DNA of 63,531 nucleotides, the filler included, from Chiloscyllium plagiosum (Eukaryota), in assembly GCF_004010195.1 (NCBI RefSeq). It is 9 parts of 9 records of this genome, joined end to end, with 100 filler letters (N's around TTAATTAATTAA, not from the genome) between each part and the next. Parts side by side here need not be neighbours in the genome. Positions count along the whole stretch, not along the records: positions 22,486 to 25,057 come from NW_025182521.1; positions 25,158 to 47,953 come from NW_025215182.1; 7 more parts are not named here. One strand, 5' to 3'. Of the stretch, positions 24,310-38,469 are shown piece by piece (position 1 is the stretch's first letter; each line of letters opens with the position of its first letter). The notes below the pieces were generated by a model that did no database searches, was not told the origin of the DNA, and saw only the letters and a program-made list of their open reading frames with translations. A program made the translations under genes and the position numbers.

Positions 24310-25833
24310 CTGAAAGACAAGAGAAACAATTTTAATCCCTGCCAAACAAATGGATTTTGACTCTCTGTATATTCACTGGCAATACAATCTTATTGAACAT
24401 TTGTAGTCAATACAGAATAAACCCCGACAAAAGAACAGGTATTGATTAAATTGCTTCTTGGGATATGAGAGTCACTGCCAAGTCCAGCATTCATTGCCCA
24501 TTCCTAATTGCCCCTGAGAGGGTGATGGTGAAAGAGAAGGGATAGTTTTGGACCATTGTTTATGGAATGAATATGGGCAGCTGGAAGGGCTATCAATGGG
24601 GGAGCATTTCAGTGACGGTGATCAGAATTCAGTGAGATTGAGAGTACGGATGGAAATGGAGAACAATGCAGCAAGTGTAAAAAACTTCATTTGGGAATGA
24701 AATATTTTACTGAACTGTGCAGTGATTTAGCAAAAGTGGACTGAAACCAAGTACATGATGGAAAATCAGGGTCAGGGCAGTGGGAGGCGTCGAAGGATGA
24801 GACAGAGATTGTTCAGAATCTTTTCCCACAATGAGTATGTGTGGGACTCCCAGATATAGACTCTCAGCCTGGGATGTCAAAAGGCAGCAGAGGAGGGAAG
24901 ACGAAACAGGGAAGGTGATGTTGGTTATCTGGAGATCAAACCTGCAGAAAGCTGAGAGGAGGATAGAAAATGCAGGGGTGACATTGAACAGGACCTGAGG
25001 AAAGCAAAGATCTGACAGGATGAAATATTTTCAACTGAATCAGGGAAATCCCAACGANNNNNNNNNNNNNNNNNNNNNNNNNNNNNNNNNNNNNNNNNNN
25101 NTTAATTAATTAANNNNNNNNNNNNNNNNNNNNNNNNNNNNNNNNNNNNNNNNNNNNACCTTGAACCCCTCTCTCTTCTCTACATCAGTGAGGACAAGGC
25201 CAGCCTTTCCAATCTTTCCTCATCACACAGCCCACTCATTCCAGGCATCAATCGGGTAAAACTCCTCTGAAGCACCTCCAATGCATTTATATTCTCCTTT
25301 CAAGAAGGAGACCATAACGTGTACAGTGTTTGAGATTTGTTCTCACCAAGGTCCAGTAATTACTCATACATTACTATGTGTGTAACTCCTCCGTCATTCT
25401 CCACTGCAATAATACACAACATTTTGATTCTTCCTGTCAAAGTGAACAACTTCACATTTTCCCAAATTATACACCATCAGCTTGATTTCTGTCTCCCCAG
25501 TGAACCGAGCTCTATCGGTCTGTCTCCTGTCATGTCATCTTCACAGCATGCTTTCCTCCTTTTCTTTGAACCCTCTGAAAGTATTGCCCCCATGCCATTT
25601 ATTCCCTCACTGAAGCCAGTGAGAGAAATTGACAGCTGTGGGCCCAGTATTGAGCGCTACGGGATACACTAAGCACATGCAGGCAACCTGAAAGGGCTTC
25701 TCTCAGGATACTGTTTCCTGCTGGGCTGCCAGTCTTTCTAAAGGATATTTCCTTCAGAGAGCACTGTTTCAAAAGTTCAACAATTTGAATATTTTAAAAG
25801 TGGAGGTAGCAGACTTTTATTGCACAAAATTTC

Positions 25834-27370
25834 AAGAGTTAAAGATCAGCAAGGTGGCCTTTGTGTGGAGCCACAGAAAATGCAGGAGACACTAAATGAA
25901 TATTTTGCATCAGTATTTACTGTGGAAAAGGATATGGAAGATATAGACTATAAGGAAATAGATGGTGACATCTTGCAAAATGTCCAGATTACAGAGAGGA
26001 AGTGCTGGATGTCTTGAAACAGTTAAAGGTGGATAAATCCCCAGGATCTGATCAGGTGTACCAGAAAACTCTGGGGCAAGCTAGAGAAGTGATTGCTGGG
26101 CCTCTTGCTGAGATATTTTTATCATCGATAGTCACAGGTGAGGTGCCAGAAGACTGGAGGTTGGCCAACGTGGTGCCACTGTTTAAGAAGGGTGGTAAGG
26201 ACAAGCCAGGGAACTATAGACTGGTGAGCCTGATCTCAGTGGTGGGCAAGTTGTTGGAGGGAATCCTGAGGGACAGGATGTACATGTATTTGGAAAGTCA
26301 AGGACTGACTAGGGATAGTCAACATGGCTTTGTACATGGGAAATCATGTCTCACAAACTTGATTGAGTTTTTTGAAGAAGTAATAAAGAAGATTTATGAG
26401 GGCAGAGCAATAGATGTGATCTATATGGACTTCAGTAAGACGTTCGACAAGGTTCCCCATGGGAGACTGGTGAGCAAGGTTAGATCTCATGGAATAAAGG
26501 GAGAACTAGCCATTTGGATACAGAACTGGCTCAAAGGTAGAAGACTGAGAGTAGTGGTGGAGGGTTGTTTTTTTAGACTGGAGGCCTGTGCCCAATAGAG
26601 TGCCACAAGGATCGGTGCTGGGTCCTCTACTTTTTGTCATTTACATAAATGATTTGGATGCGAGCATAAGAGGTACAGTTAGTAAGTTTGCAGTTGACAC
26701 CAAAATTGGATAGTGAAGAAGGCATTTGGGATGCTTTTCTTTATTGGTCAGAGTATTGAGTACAGGAGTTGGGAGGTCATGTTGCGGCTGTACAGGACAT
26801 TGGTTAGACCACTGTTGGAATATTGCATGCAATTCTGGTCTCCTTCCTATCAGAAAGATGCTGTAAAACTTGAAAGGGTTCAGAAAAGATTTACAAGGAT
26901 GTTGCCAGGGTTGGAGGATTTGAGCTATAGGGAGAGGCTGAGCAGGCTGGGGCTGTTTTTCCTGGAGTGTCAGAGGCTGAGGGGTGAGTTTATAGAGGTT
27001 TACAAAATGATGAGGGGCATGGATAGGATAAATAGACAAAGTTTTTTCCTTGGGGTCGGGGAGTCCAGACTGGAGGGCATAGGTTTAGGGTGAGATGGTA
27101 AAGATATAAAAGAGACCTAAGTGGCAACTTTTTCATGCAAAGGGTGGTACGTGTATGGAATGAGCTGCCAGAGGAAGTGGTGGAGGCTGGTACAATTACA
27201 ATATTTAGGAGGCATTTGGATGGGTATATGAATAGGAAGGGTTTGGAGGGATATGGGCCGGTTGCTGGCAGGTGGGAGTAGATTGGGTTGGGATATCTGC
27301 TCAGCATGGACAGGTTGGACCGAAGGGTCTGTTTCCATCCTGTACATCTCTATGACTCTATGACTCTATG
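25834..27370 (+). mobile_element. CR1 LINE, 5'-truncated, RT region with an internal deletion near 26710
   Basis: VPEDWRLANVVPLFKKG..PGNYRLVSL..QHGF..SCLTNLIEFF..YMDFSKTFDKVPH; C-terminus; (CTCTATGA)n tail. Confidence 0.9.
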
Positions 27371-30300
27371 GATGGGAATGTGGAATTGGAGACACAAACA
27401 CATCAGCCATGGTCCTACTGAAAGGTAGAGAAGTCTTGAATGATGGAATTGCCTAATTCAGTCTCTAATTTGTAAGTTCAAACCAATTGAATGTTCTTTC
27501 CTCTGTACCCACTCATGCACACTGTCTGTGAGAAAAAAAATCTTCAACTCTCCACCCTTCCTCCTTCATGTCTTAACCCTGAGCTCTCAATGTTGCTGGG
27601 AAGTTTGAGAAGTAGATTTATTCACTTGCTCATTCATTTCCTTCTCAGTCTCTCTTTATCTCCTGAAACTCCATTCAACACCAATCTGCTGGGTCAGGAG
27701 CAAGGCTCTCAGCTCAATGGATAAAGGAACATTTTCCAGCACCAAGCTGGTGAGGGTCAGCTGGAGAACAATGCTCCATTGCACATGTCTTCTTCAAAAA
27801 CCAAGATCTCCAGCCATTCTGTACATCCACGTTCACTCCTGAAGGGATTCAGGCAGAGAGGAAGAGTCAGTGCAGTCATTGTGCAGCATCCAGTGTCGAG
27901 TTGCCCCATTTCCAATCCCACTGCAATGTCATTGTCTGCCCCCTAACAACAAGCAGATGCTCCCATCACATGAGGCTCCATGGCCCTGAGGACTGTGAGA
28001 GTGAGCCCTGTCCATTCAGCTCGATTATCAAGCTCCAGCCTTCCTGATGTGGTGGCAGCCAGGACAACCCTGCCCATGGGAGATTCCACACACACTCCCT
28101 CCCTCCCTGCAGGGAAAGATGATTCCATGGCCCTGCTTTCTCTCCAAACTAATCTGAATTTAGGTGTTGCTGAAAAAAAGGACATTTTGTCAAAAACTCT
28201 GTCTTGCACACATCAGGACAATCTGCAAGAAATAGCACAGCAAAGGCAAATACCATGTAGACTGAGATCCCAGCGGGTCAGGCAGCACCCATGGAGAGAA
28301 AGCAAGGCAAAATGAACGTTTTCACAAGAAGGGTTTTGTCTCACTCAAATTCTGTCTTCTGAACTGACTATTTGATCCTGATTTGCTCTTTTGCTCCAGA
28401 CCTGTTGAAATTCTAAAAAGTAATTCTGTACTTTTTGAACAGAGCACTCAGTCTATAATCATTAAATTCCAATAACTGCATCAAAATATTTTTCCTGATC
28501 TCCTTTCTGTACCTGGTATATGACTGGAGAATGTGTCATTTTGCCTTTCAGTTTGTCAGCGTTGCTGGTAAATCTACATTTTCTGTGTTTCTTTGTTTAG
28601 GAATTTTTGAACATCAGCATTCCCTCCCTCCACTGTCGAGATCCTGTTCTGGCCTTCATACAATCATAGAATCGAGGAATTTCCTCAGTGCGGAAGGAGG
28701 CCATTCAGCAAATCAAGTCCACATCGACACTTTGAAGACCATTCCACCCAGACCCACACCTCCCCTACCCTATCCCTGTATTCCATTTGCTAGCTTGCAC
28801 ATCCCATGGACATAATGAGTAATTTAGCACAGCCAACCACCTAACCTGCACATCTTCTTTCAGTTTTGCAAATGAAACATCAGGGTTGATGTTTATGCTT
28901 TGAGCTAGATTTAATACAGTTGGAAACATGATTCCAGGCACATTTAATCACTCAAGTAGCCCATTTCAATATCCCCAATGCAGCTAAAATTTCTCCCAAT
29001 GAATATCAGGACAGAAGTAGTGAACTGGAATTCCCAGCCACCATCAGACGATATCAACTAGACTGAGGAGCCAATTGACCCCTAAATTCCTGAATCTATC
29101 CTGATTTAATGGCAGCTCAGCGATTAAATCTGCTTGGCTTTCCCACAATGTTTTCAATCAAGTGACCTTGCTTCAAATGATGTCCTCATGTTAAACTGCC
29201 ACCTCTCCCATGACCCACACCTGTCTTTAGTTGCATTTGGTCTGGGATTCCATAATAAGCCAAGGTCTCCAGTGAGAGCCCTGCCTCCAACAAGCATTGC
29301 TCTGCTCACATCCAACTGGGGACCTCCCCAGGAACCAAAAGGAGCTCCCCACCAGTTCTGTCACTGATGGGTGAGATCGTTGTTGACCCATCTCAGAGTG
29401 GACTGAACCCAAACCTTTCTGACTCCATGGAAGGAGTTCTACCAACTTAGCCAAGGCTGAAACTTTTTAAAAAGTCGTAAAATCTGTCAATAATTAGCAC
29501 TGTCTTTGTTTAAGGTCAGAGCTTTGAGGTTTAAACGTGTTCTTTTGGAACGCAATGAAGCGTTACCATGGAGAATGTTGCTGCTGGACAAGAACAGCCA
29601 ACTCTGCCCAAAAGGTCACCCCAATAATTAATCCATCACCATCCAGGCAAATGCTTTCTAGCATTACTTTCCCTTTATTATTCCTCTTTTCAGGTTATTA
29701 AACCCCTTTTAAAATAACACACATGGAACACTTCCATCTGTAAGATTTTCCCCAAACCATTCATCATCCTGACTTAGAAATAAATCCCTGTTCCTTCACT
29801 GTCACTGAGTTAAAATCAGGGGATTCTCTCCCTCAGGGTAATCTGGATCTACCTACAGCACATGGCTGCAGCAGGTTCAGGAAGGCAGCAATTCACCGCG
29901 CTGCAATGTTGTTTATGATATAAACGGCCCTTCAACCTTTATCGTTCTCAGGAGTTACAACCGAGAAAACCACTTCCATCTCTCAGCAGAGATTTCAATT
30001 ATTCCCGTTTCCCTGCTCTATCCCAATAGCTTCTCTTAATGTGTGACTGTGTTTCCGGTGTGTTCAACAATATCGGACTGCCTAATGCTCTTACACCCAC
30101 TGATGCCTGTTGAGTTCTCCTGGATAAATTACTGTTCTCTGCAGTTTGATAGCAGTTTGTTCGGTCTTTGAGTGTAATTCATTTTGTGCCTGGTCCCAGT
30201 GACAATCCGAAGGACACGCCACCTTTCAGTCTGACAAACCAGGTTCACCCATGTCATGGCTCTACTTCTAGCCTAGCCTCTAGTCTTTCAAAGAGATGAA

Positions 30301-31246
30301 TTCAAGACTCTCCCGTTTGATCATTTGAAGTGTATCTCAATTATTTTGATTTCTCCTGGGATGGACGGGCACAAAAGTGGCTGCTATTTTTTGCACTTCC
30401 CTAATTATCCTGGAGAGGGCGGTGGTGAGCCATGTAATATCTGGGAAGGAAGGCGCTGGGATCTGAACAAAAAAATCCATGAAACTCAATGTCATGTTCA
30501 TGAATGTAGTTTGGACAAGGGAACCCAGACATCACCCGGTGTGTGACTCCAGTCCCACAGTGACATGATTCATTCTTAACGGCCCCATCATCTGGCTCAG
30601 AACTCAGTCCGAGCAACTAGAGATGGGCAATACGTTTTAGGCTTGACTTAAAATAGTTTATAAAATTGTTTATTTTTTAAAAATATTTAAAATAGTTAAA
30701 TATATGTTAACCTAAGTGCACAAGGCATAATTTCAAAATTTGCTGATGGTATGAAACTTGGATGTATTACGGCTGATGAAGAAGATAGTGTCGAACTTCA
30801 AAAAGCGTAAAGGTAAGTTAATGGAATGAGCAGATGTTTGCAGATACAATTTAATGGAAAGAGAGGTCACTGATTCATTTCGGAAGGAAAACGTGGAGAG
30901 ACAAACAAACTAAAGGGCACAAGTATGGGTGGGTGTAAGGGCAGTAGGACCTGGATGCAATTGTGCACCAGTCACTGAAGGTGGCGGGATAGGTAGCTGT
31001 TCTCATGAGGGAGCAGCTGATTAAAGCAGATGCCATATCAACATGAACATAGAATACAGCGTGGATGTGAAAAGAATGCTTCCTTTTCAGGGAGAATATA
31101 AACTAAAATAAGTTCCGAGAAAAGCAGGGTTTTGTTTCTTCTTGCATGAGGTCATAGGTCTTTGGAACTCTTCGTCAAACATAGAAATGAAAGCTCTGAA
31201 TGCTTGTAGTGAGGAAGTAGACAGTCATTGCTTATCAAAAATCTAG

Positions 31247-31431
31247 GTTGAAACTTTATTGCTGGAACAGCACAGCAGGTCAGGCAGCATCCAGGGAACA
31301 GGAGATTCGACGTTTCGGGCACAGGCCCTTCTTCAGGATTCCTGAAGAAGGGCCTGTGCCCGAAACGTCGAATCTCCTGTTCCCTGGATGCTGCCTGACC
31401 TGCTGTGCTGTTCCAGCAATAAAGTTTCAAC
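31247..31431. mobile_element. Perfect 185-bp palindrome (92-bp arms, 1-nt centre at 31339) derived from a Penelope terminus
   Basis: Arms are reverse complements; the ORF track shows the same peptide on both strands; matches the 17142-17235 PLE terminus. Confidence 0.9.
31337..31374 (+). ncRNA. Minimal hammerhead ribozyme motif at the centre of the palindrome (mirror copy on the minus strand)
   Basis: GATTC-CTGAAGA-A-GGGC(CTGT)GCCC-GAAA-CGTC-GAATC; 5-bp stem I, palindromic ACGT stem III. Confidence 0.7.
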
Positions 31432-31804
31432 TTTGATACATGAATAGGCAAGGAATAGAGGGATACGGACAGCGCAGAGGCAAAAGGTTTTTAGTTTACA
31501 AAGGTGTCATGCATCAGCACAGGCTATGTGGGCCAAAGGGCCTGTTTCTGTGGTGTGCTTTGAATTATCAGGTATAAGATGGAATGTAGGTTTGAGGTTA
31601 AAATCAGACCAGCCATGATTTGATTGAACAGGGGATCAGACTGGAATGGCAGAGTGACTCCACGGTTCCTTGTTTGTCTGTTTATAAAGAATGACAGCCC
31701 ATTTATATTGATCAGTAAGAGAATACTGACAGGATTTAACTGGTTAATAATCACACAAAATATAATGGGTGAGGTTAGAAAAAAAAATTGACACAAGGGA
31801 TTGT

Positions 31805-32015
31805 TTAGAATTCCTACAGTGTGGAAGAAGGCCATTCAACCCATCAAGTCAACACTGACCCTCTGAAGAGCATCCCACACCATCCCTATAACCCTGCATT
31901 TTCCACGGCCAATCCACCGAGCCTGCACATCTTTAGACTGTGAGGGGAAACCCATGTAGACACAGGGAGAACACGGAAACTCCACGCAGTCACCCGAGAG
32001 TGGGATTGAACTCGG
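31805..32015 (-). mobile_element. tRNA-derived SINE, head truncated
   Basis: Same family core and tail. Confidence 0.65.
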
Positions 32016-33086
32016 GTGTTACGACATGGTTAATTTAAAACCAGCAACACAAAAAACATTTATCCTGTGCAGTAATCTGTAAACATCGAGTGGCCAAGAA
32101 CTATTTAAAGTAAAAATTAACAACTTTATTTCATAAAGTATAACAGAATAATTAACTAACCATTATTTACAACTCCTTCCTCTAACCTAGTCCCAGAGGG
32201 ATTGATATCTGGAGTTTATGACCCCGCACTGTGTGAAGGTTGGTGTGAAGTGAGGCCAGTGTGTTGGAGCTTGGGCTTGGGCTCGGGCACCTGGCTCGGG
32301 CTCGGGCTCGGGCTCGTGCCTTAGGCCCAGGTGTAGGGGCCTATTCAACAATCTGCACATTGTCCTTTTTCTCTTTCTGATCGTACTGGAATTTTCAAGT
32401 TGCGGTAGCTTGCTGGCAACAAAGTGTCTTGTCTAAAATGTTCCCAGCACTGGACAGATTTCTGCTGTTGATTTCTTTTCTCTCTCAGGAGCCTGCTCTG
32501 CATTCAGTGCCTGTTATCATTAGTTTGTTGGAGTTCATATATCAGCTGCTGCTTCCTTGCTATGGTATTGAAAAAAACATCATCAATGCCTCTTGAGATT
32601 TAAAATACTCTGTCCTCATGAAAGTGGTTGGCAGACTTTTTAACGTCATTTAACATTCCAATGATGTGAATGCATCAGTGTTGCGTCTGGCTGGTCCTAG
32701 TTTTTAATGGATCCTGACTCGTGGTAATACAGTTGTGGGATATAGGTAAATTAATGTTACTTCTGCAATTCTGCAATTATAATTGATTATATAAAAGTAA
32801 ATGAACTCACACCAGTGTGTACTTGTTTTAGCCAAGAGCTGAGTCAACAAGAATGGAAACGATGTGGAGGAAATATATAATTGTTTTTGTATTAGCTAAA
32901 ATTGTATACCAGAATGAAATGTGACAGCAAAACAATGGTAGATATTATGGGCAAATAGATAAGATGTTGTGGGGGGATGAAGTTAAGCTAGATACGCCTG
33001 TACAACAGTAGGTATAAACATCTGTTTCCCACTTTTACAGAAACACAGGAACAAACCCCAACTAAAAGGGCTTAGTGATAAGATGC

Positions 33087-33452
33087 TGTGAGAGGCCGCA
33101 CAGATGGAGGGAGTAGATAATGGTAAGCAAAGGATGGGATGAGGTCAAATGGCCTTGTGAGGTCAGAAATAAGCATTTTGTCACAGACAATGCCGGATAA
33201 GGTAAGAGATAAACAGGAGAAATGGGGCCAGTCTTAGGGAAGTGGAGGATGTAAACAGGGGAGGAGCAATGTAAAACAAAAGAAACTAAATTATATAAAT
33301 ATTGTGTATGAATTGAATTTGGGTTGTGTATGTCCTCTGCCTTATAGGCACCGGACATCACACCCACTTGCAAGTGTGAAATAAATGACACTACTGATTC
33401 AGATCTTGTCTCGGACTGAAATTATTGAAGTGAGTGAGCTTTGTTTCTCACA
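33087..33452 (+). mobile_element. Possible LTR
   Basis: TGTGAGA...TCTCACA inverted termini, internal TATATAA and AATAAA, followed by ATTGGT; no TSD found. Confidence 0.35.
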
Positions 33453-33654
33453 ATTGGTCTTCAAAATTATTCAAGCCTTTGATATAGTGGATGCAGAGAG
33501 TATGTTTCCTCAAATTAGGAAAACCATAATTAAAAGGTCATCAATTTAAGGTAGTTTCCAAGAAAGCCAATAAAGAATTCAGAAGAAACTCTTTTACCCA
33601 CTCGCTAATAAATGCATTTTATTACACAAAAGCACAGAAGGAGATAGGAACAAA

Positions 33655-34290
33655 GGATTAGAACAAAGAACAAAGAAAATTACAGCACAGAAACAGGCCC
33701 TTTGGCCTTCCAAGCCTGTGCCAATCCAGATCCTCTATCCCGTCGCCTATTTTCCAAGGATCTGTGTCCCTTTGCTCCCTGCCCATTCATGTCTAGATAC
33801 ATCTTAAATAACACTATTGTTCCTGCCTCTACCACCTTCACTGGCAATGCATTCCAGGCACCCAACACCCTCAGCGCAAAGGGCTTTCCACACATACTTC
33901 CCTGAAACTTTTCCCCTCTCACTTTGAACTTGTGACCCCTAGTAATTGAGTCCCCCACTCTGGGAAAAGGCATCTTGCTATCCACCCTGTCTATGCCTCT
34001 CATGATTTTGTAGACCTGAATCAGATCCCCCCGCAACTTCCAACTTTCTATTGAAAATAATCCTAATCTACTCAACCTATATTCATAGCTAGCGCCCTCC
34101 ATACCAGGCAACATCCTGCACCTCCTCTGCACCCTCTCCAAAGTATCCACATCCTTCTGCTAATTTGACGACCAGAACTGTATGCAGTATTCCAAATGTG
34201 GCTAAAACAAACTCCTATACAATTATAACATGACCTGCCAACTCTTGTACTCAACACCCCATCTGATGAAGGAAAGCATGCCTTACACCA
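33655..34290 (-). mobile_element. CR1 LINE 3' portion
   Basis: LERVQRR..MLPGMEG..YEYRLSRLGLFS..LRGDLIQVYKIMRGIDRVD; 3' UTR and tail. Confidence 0.85.
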
Positions 34291-35269
34291 GACCCAGACA
34301 AGAGCACTGACTGACTGGATCACGATCAAGATAACCCAGATCAAGTCCCAATGAGACTGCTGTTGACCTTCACCCTCAAAGTCCACTGAGGAGGTGGTCA
34401 TTAATCCCAGTGTTGTCATAGATTATGTTCTCCCAGAGATTCATGATTCATTCTATATTTAGCACAAGTGTGTGATGTTGTCAGGTGACAGCTGGGAAGA
34501 CATGGAGATAAAATATAAAAGGAGAGCGAATTATATTTATGCTATACGTTTCTTGAACTTAGGATGTTCGGAAATGTTTTACAGCCAATGGAATACTTCC
34601 AAAGTCCAAACATTGTTGTGATGTGGGAACTGTGACAGCCTGGGCAAGACAGATCTTTTGGCAGCACCACCCAGAGACTGGAGGCTGCTACTGCAGGCAG
34701 GCTCCAAACCAGCTCTGCTGTGAGAGAAGGACACTAGAGCACACAAGGACATGGGAAATAGGAGCAGGAGAAAGCCTCCAATTGCTATCTATTCTTTCTT
34801 AAATACAGGGACCAAAATTGCACACAATACTCCAAATGCAGTCTCACTAACACCCTCTATCGTTTTAACAGGATTTCTCTACTTTTAAATTCCAACCCCC
34901 AGCAATAAAGGTGAAAATTCCTTTCACCTTCTCAATTACTTGCTGTACCTGCATTAACGTTCTGTGTTTCATGCACAATATTACCCAGATCACTCTGTAC
35001 TGCACTTTGTTGGAATCTCTCACTATTTAACTAATAGTCGGCCTTTAGATTATTCTGACCCAAGTGCATGGTCTCACACTTTCTGACATTAAATTCCATC
35101 CACTGTGTATTAGTGTTTCATTTCCAGTTTGGTCTTTTCTTTGTGATTGACCGTCTCAATGCATCTATCTGTAGCATGCCCCATTCCCATTTGTTGATGG
35201 CCCTGACACTTGATTGTTTAACCCTTTCCTGCTGGTTCCATTCAATGACAGGCAGGAGGTTGGAAGAAC

Positions 35270-37930
35270 ACAGCAAGTCAAGCAGCTTCAGGAGGTGGAG
35301 AAGTTGATGTTTTGGGTGTATAGGAAGCTGCAGGTAAAGGGGGTAGTGAGGACGGGATGATGAAGTGGGAATAGGTGATGACAGGTAGATGGTACAACTT
35401 GGTTGGTCAATGGGAGGAATTAATCTGGTAGGTGGCAGGGAGGAGTGGAAGGGAGAGAGAGGGGCTGGGAAGGGAGTTGGGGGAAGGGAAGAGTGGTTAT
35501 TTGAAATTGGAGAACTTAATGTTGAGTCACCTGGGCTGTAGGCTGCCAGACGACAGATGAGGTATTGTTCCTCCAATTTGTGGTTTGGTTCATTGTGGCA
35601 ATGGAGGAGGCTGATGATGGTCATGTCGGAAAGGGAATGGGAAGGGGAATTGAAATGGGCGGTGACTGAGAGGTCTGGTTAGCCCCTACAGGCCCAGCTG
35701 AGATGCACAACCAACCGCTGCCTAAGTTTATGTTTGGTCTTCCCAATGTAGAGAAGACCACACTGGGGGCACTTGATGCAGTAAACTAGGTTGGAGGAGG
35801 GGCAGGTGAAGCTCTGTCTCACCTGGAAGGACTGTTTGGGGCCCTGGATGGAGGTGAGGGGTTGGTGTACCAGCAAGCTTTGCATCATTTCCGTTTGCAG
35901 GAGAAGGTTCCTGGGGGTTCAGGAAAGATGGTGGAGAGAGTGGTGCAAACCAAGAATTGTCAAAGGGAGCAGTCCTTGTGGAAGGCAGACAGGGGTAGCG
36001 TGAGGAAGACATTCTTGGTGGTGGGGTCTTGTTGGGGTTGGCGGAATAGGATGATGTGTTTGATACAGAGATTGGTTTGGGTGATCGGTGAGGACAATGG
36101 GGACTCTGTCTTTATTCTGTTTGGAGGGGGGTGGGTTTAGAGCAGTGGAACGGGAAATGGAGGGGGTGCGATGGATGACTGAGGGAGCAAAAGTACGTTG
36201 TTCAAAATAGGTGGGCATCTGGAATACTTGGGAGTGGAATGTCTCCTCATCCGAGCAGATAGAGCAGAGGCGGAGGAATTGGAAGAATGGGATGGAGTTC
36301 TTGCAGGATACTGGGTGGGAGAAAGTATAGTCCGGGTAATAATGGGAGTCTGTGAGTTTGCAGTAAATGTCTATCTGAACACTGTCACCGGAGATGGGAA
36401 TGGAGAGGTCAATAAAGGGGAGGGAGGTGTCCAAGGTGGACCAAGTGAATTTGAGGGTGGGGTGGAAGTTGTGGGCGAAGACGATGAACTGCTCCAGTTC
36501 AGCCTGGGTGCAGGTCACTGCACCAATGTAGTCATCAATGTAATGGTAGAAAAGCTGGGGCACAGTGCCTGTGTAGGCACTGAAGAGGGACTGTTCAACA
36601 TAGCCAATAAAGGGGCAGGGGTAGCTGGGGCTCATCCAGGTACTCATAGCCACCCCCTGGATTTAGAGGAACTGGAAGGAGTTAAAGGAAAAGTTGTTAA
36701 GGGTGAGGACCAGTTTGGCCAGATGGAGGAGGGTATTGGTGGAGGGCGAGTGGATGGATCTGTTGGAGAGAAAAAAGCAGATGGCCAGGAGGCTGATCCA
36801 ATTGGGTAAGGACGTATATAAGGACTGTCCATAGTGAAGGTAAAGAGCTGGGGGCCTGGGGACTGGAGGTTACTGAAGAGATGGAGGGCATGGTTGGTGT
36901 AGATGAAGTAGGTGGGAAGTGCCTGAACCAAGGAGGAGAGGATGGAGTTGAGGTAGGATGAGAGGGGTTCGGTGGGGCAGGAGCATGTTGAGATGATTGG
37001 TCGGCCGGGGTAGTTGGGCTTGTGGATCTTGGGAAGCAGGTAGAACTGGGAAATGCAGGGCTGGGGAACTATGAGTTTGGAGGCAGTGGAGGGGAGATCA
37101 CTGGAGGCAATGGGGGCACTGACAGTGCGAGTGATTTTGGCCTGATGGGTCACGGTGGGGTCATGGGCAAGGGGGAGGTAGAACGTGGTGTCAGAGAGTT
37201 GGGGTTTAGCCTCTGCGACATAGAGGTCTGTTCCCCAGACTACCACCACCTCACCTTTGTCAGCGGGTTTGATGGTAAACGAGGTGTTGTTACAGAGAGA
37301 GTGGACTGCTGCACGTTCGGACGGGGGGTGGTTGGAGAGAGTGAGGGGGGTGGAGAAATTGAGGCGGCTGATGTCACATCAGTGGTCAGCAATGAAGAGC
37401 TCTAGGGTGTGTACACATCTGGTGGTGGGGGGTGGGGGGGGGTGGATGTGGGAGAAGGGGTCCTCAGAGGGAGGTTTGGAGCTTTTGTTAAAGAAGAAGA
37501 CACGGAGGTCGAGGCGGCGGAAGAAGAGCTCCGCGTCCTGGTGGGTGCGGGATTTTTTGAGGTGGGGAACGAATGTGAGCCCTTTCCTCAGAATGGACCT
37601 TTTGGCCTCAGAGGGTTCGACGTCGTGGGGGGATAGTAAATATGTGGTAAAGCTCGGGGTGGGAGACGAGGTTTTCAGTGGGGTCCACGATGGCTGAAGG
37701 AGGGGAGGGGGCAAGGGTGAATGGGAGAGAATGGGTGTGGGAGAGAAAGGAAATTGGGGCGGAGGTGGTTAGTGGAGTGAGGTGGGGGAGTGGGAAGGTG
37801 GGGATGAGGTGAAGAGGGAGAAGTGGAGGGATAGTGTGCACTGTGGGGGTATATGGGTGAGGAGGGTGAGTGAGTGTGCTGGCTGGCTGCAGGTAGGCAG
37901 TAGGACTCGGGTGACTCTGGGAAATGTAGA
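35270..37930 (-). mobile_element. Near full-length Penelope-like retroelement (RT + GIY-YIG), frameshifted
   Basis: ILRKGLTFVP; FYLLPKIHKPNYPGRPIIS; AMSTWMSPSYP (degenerate GxxMGP); YIDD; SFTCPSSNLVYCIKCPQCGLLYIGKTK; LEEQYLICRL. Confidence 0.9.
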
Positions 37931-38009
37931 CTAAGTCTTGGTTGCAGAGTGGGTGGGACCAGAAGTGGAGGCCGAGGCTGGAGCGAAGTCAAGGCCAGTC
38001 CGAGTGTTT

Positions 38010-38302
38010 TGACCCAGGTTCAATTCAAGCCTCAGGCAACTGTCTGTGTGGAGTTTGCACATTCTCCAAGTGTCTGCGTAGGTTTCCTCTGGGTGCTCTA
38101 GTTTCCTCGCACAATCTAAAGACGTGCAGGTTAGGTGAATTGGCTGTGCTAAGTTGCCCATAGTGATCAGGGATGTGTAGGTTAGGTTCATTAGTCAGAG
38201 TAATAAGATAGGGGATTGGGTCTTGGGTGGGTTACTCTTCCAAGGGTCAGTGTGGACTTGTTGGGCCAAATGGCCTGTATTCTCACAGTAGGGATTCTAT
38301 GA
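38010..38302 (+). mobile_element. tRNA-derived SINE, head truncated
   Basis: TGTGTGGAGTTTGCACATTCTCC core and tail. Confidence 0.75.
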
Positions 38303-38469
38303 CAGTCCATTCCAGATTCCCACCACCCGTTGAGTGAAAAAATTATTCACCAAATCTCATTTGCGGTGTCCATAATGAAACCTTGCAAACCATTCATTTT
38401 GTCTAGTGCCATTTAGCTCTTGAGCTCCTTGTTCAATAAATGTTTTATTCTTTTTGATAAAATATGAGT

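Noticed and set aside
30160-30220. Minus-strand FG...GPGTK J-like motif
   Set aside because: The FGxG spacing is wrong, a stop follows immediately, and there is no RSS or splice donor.
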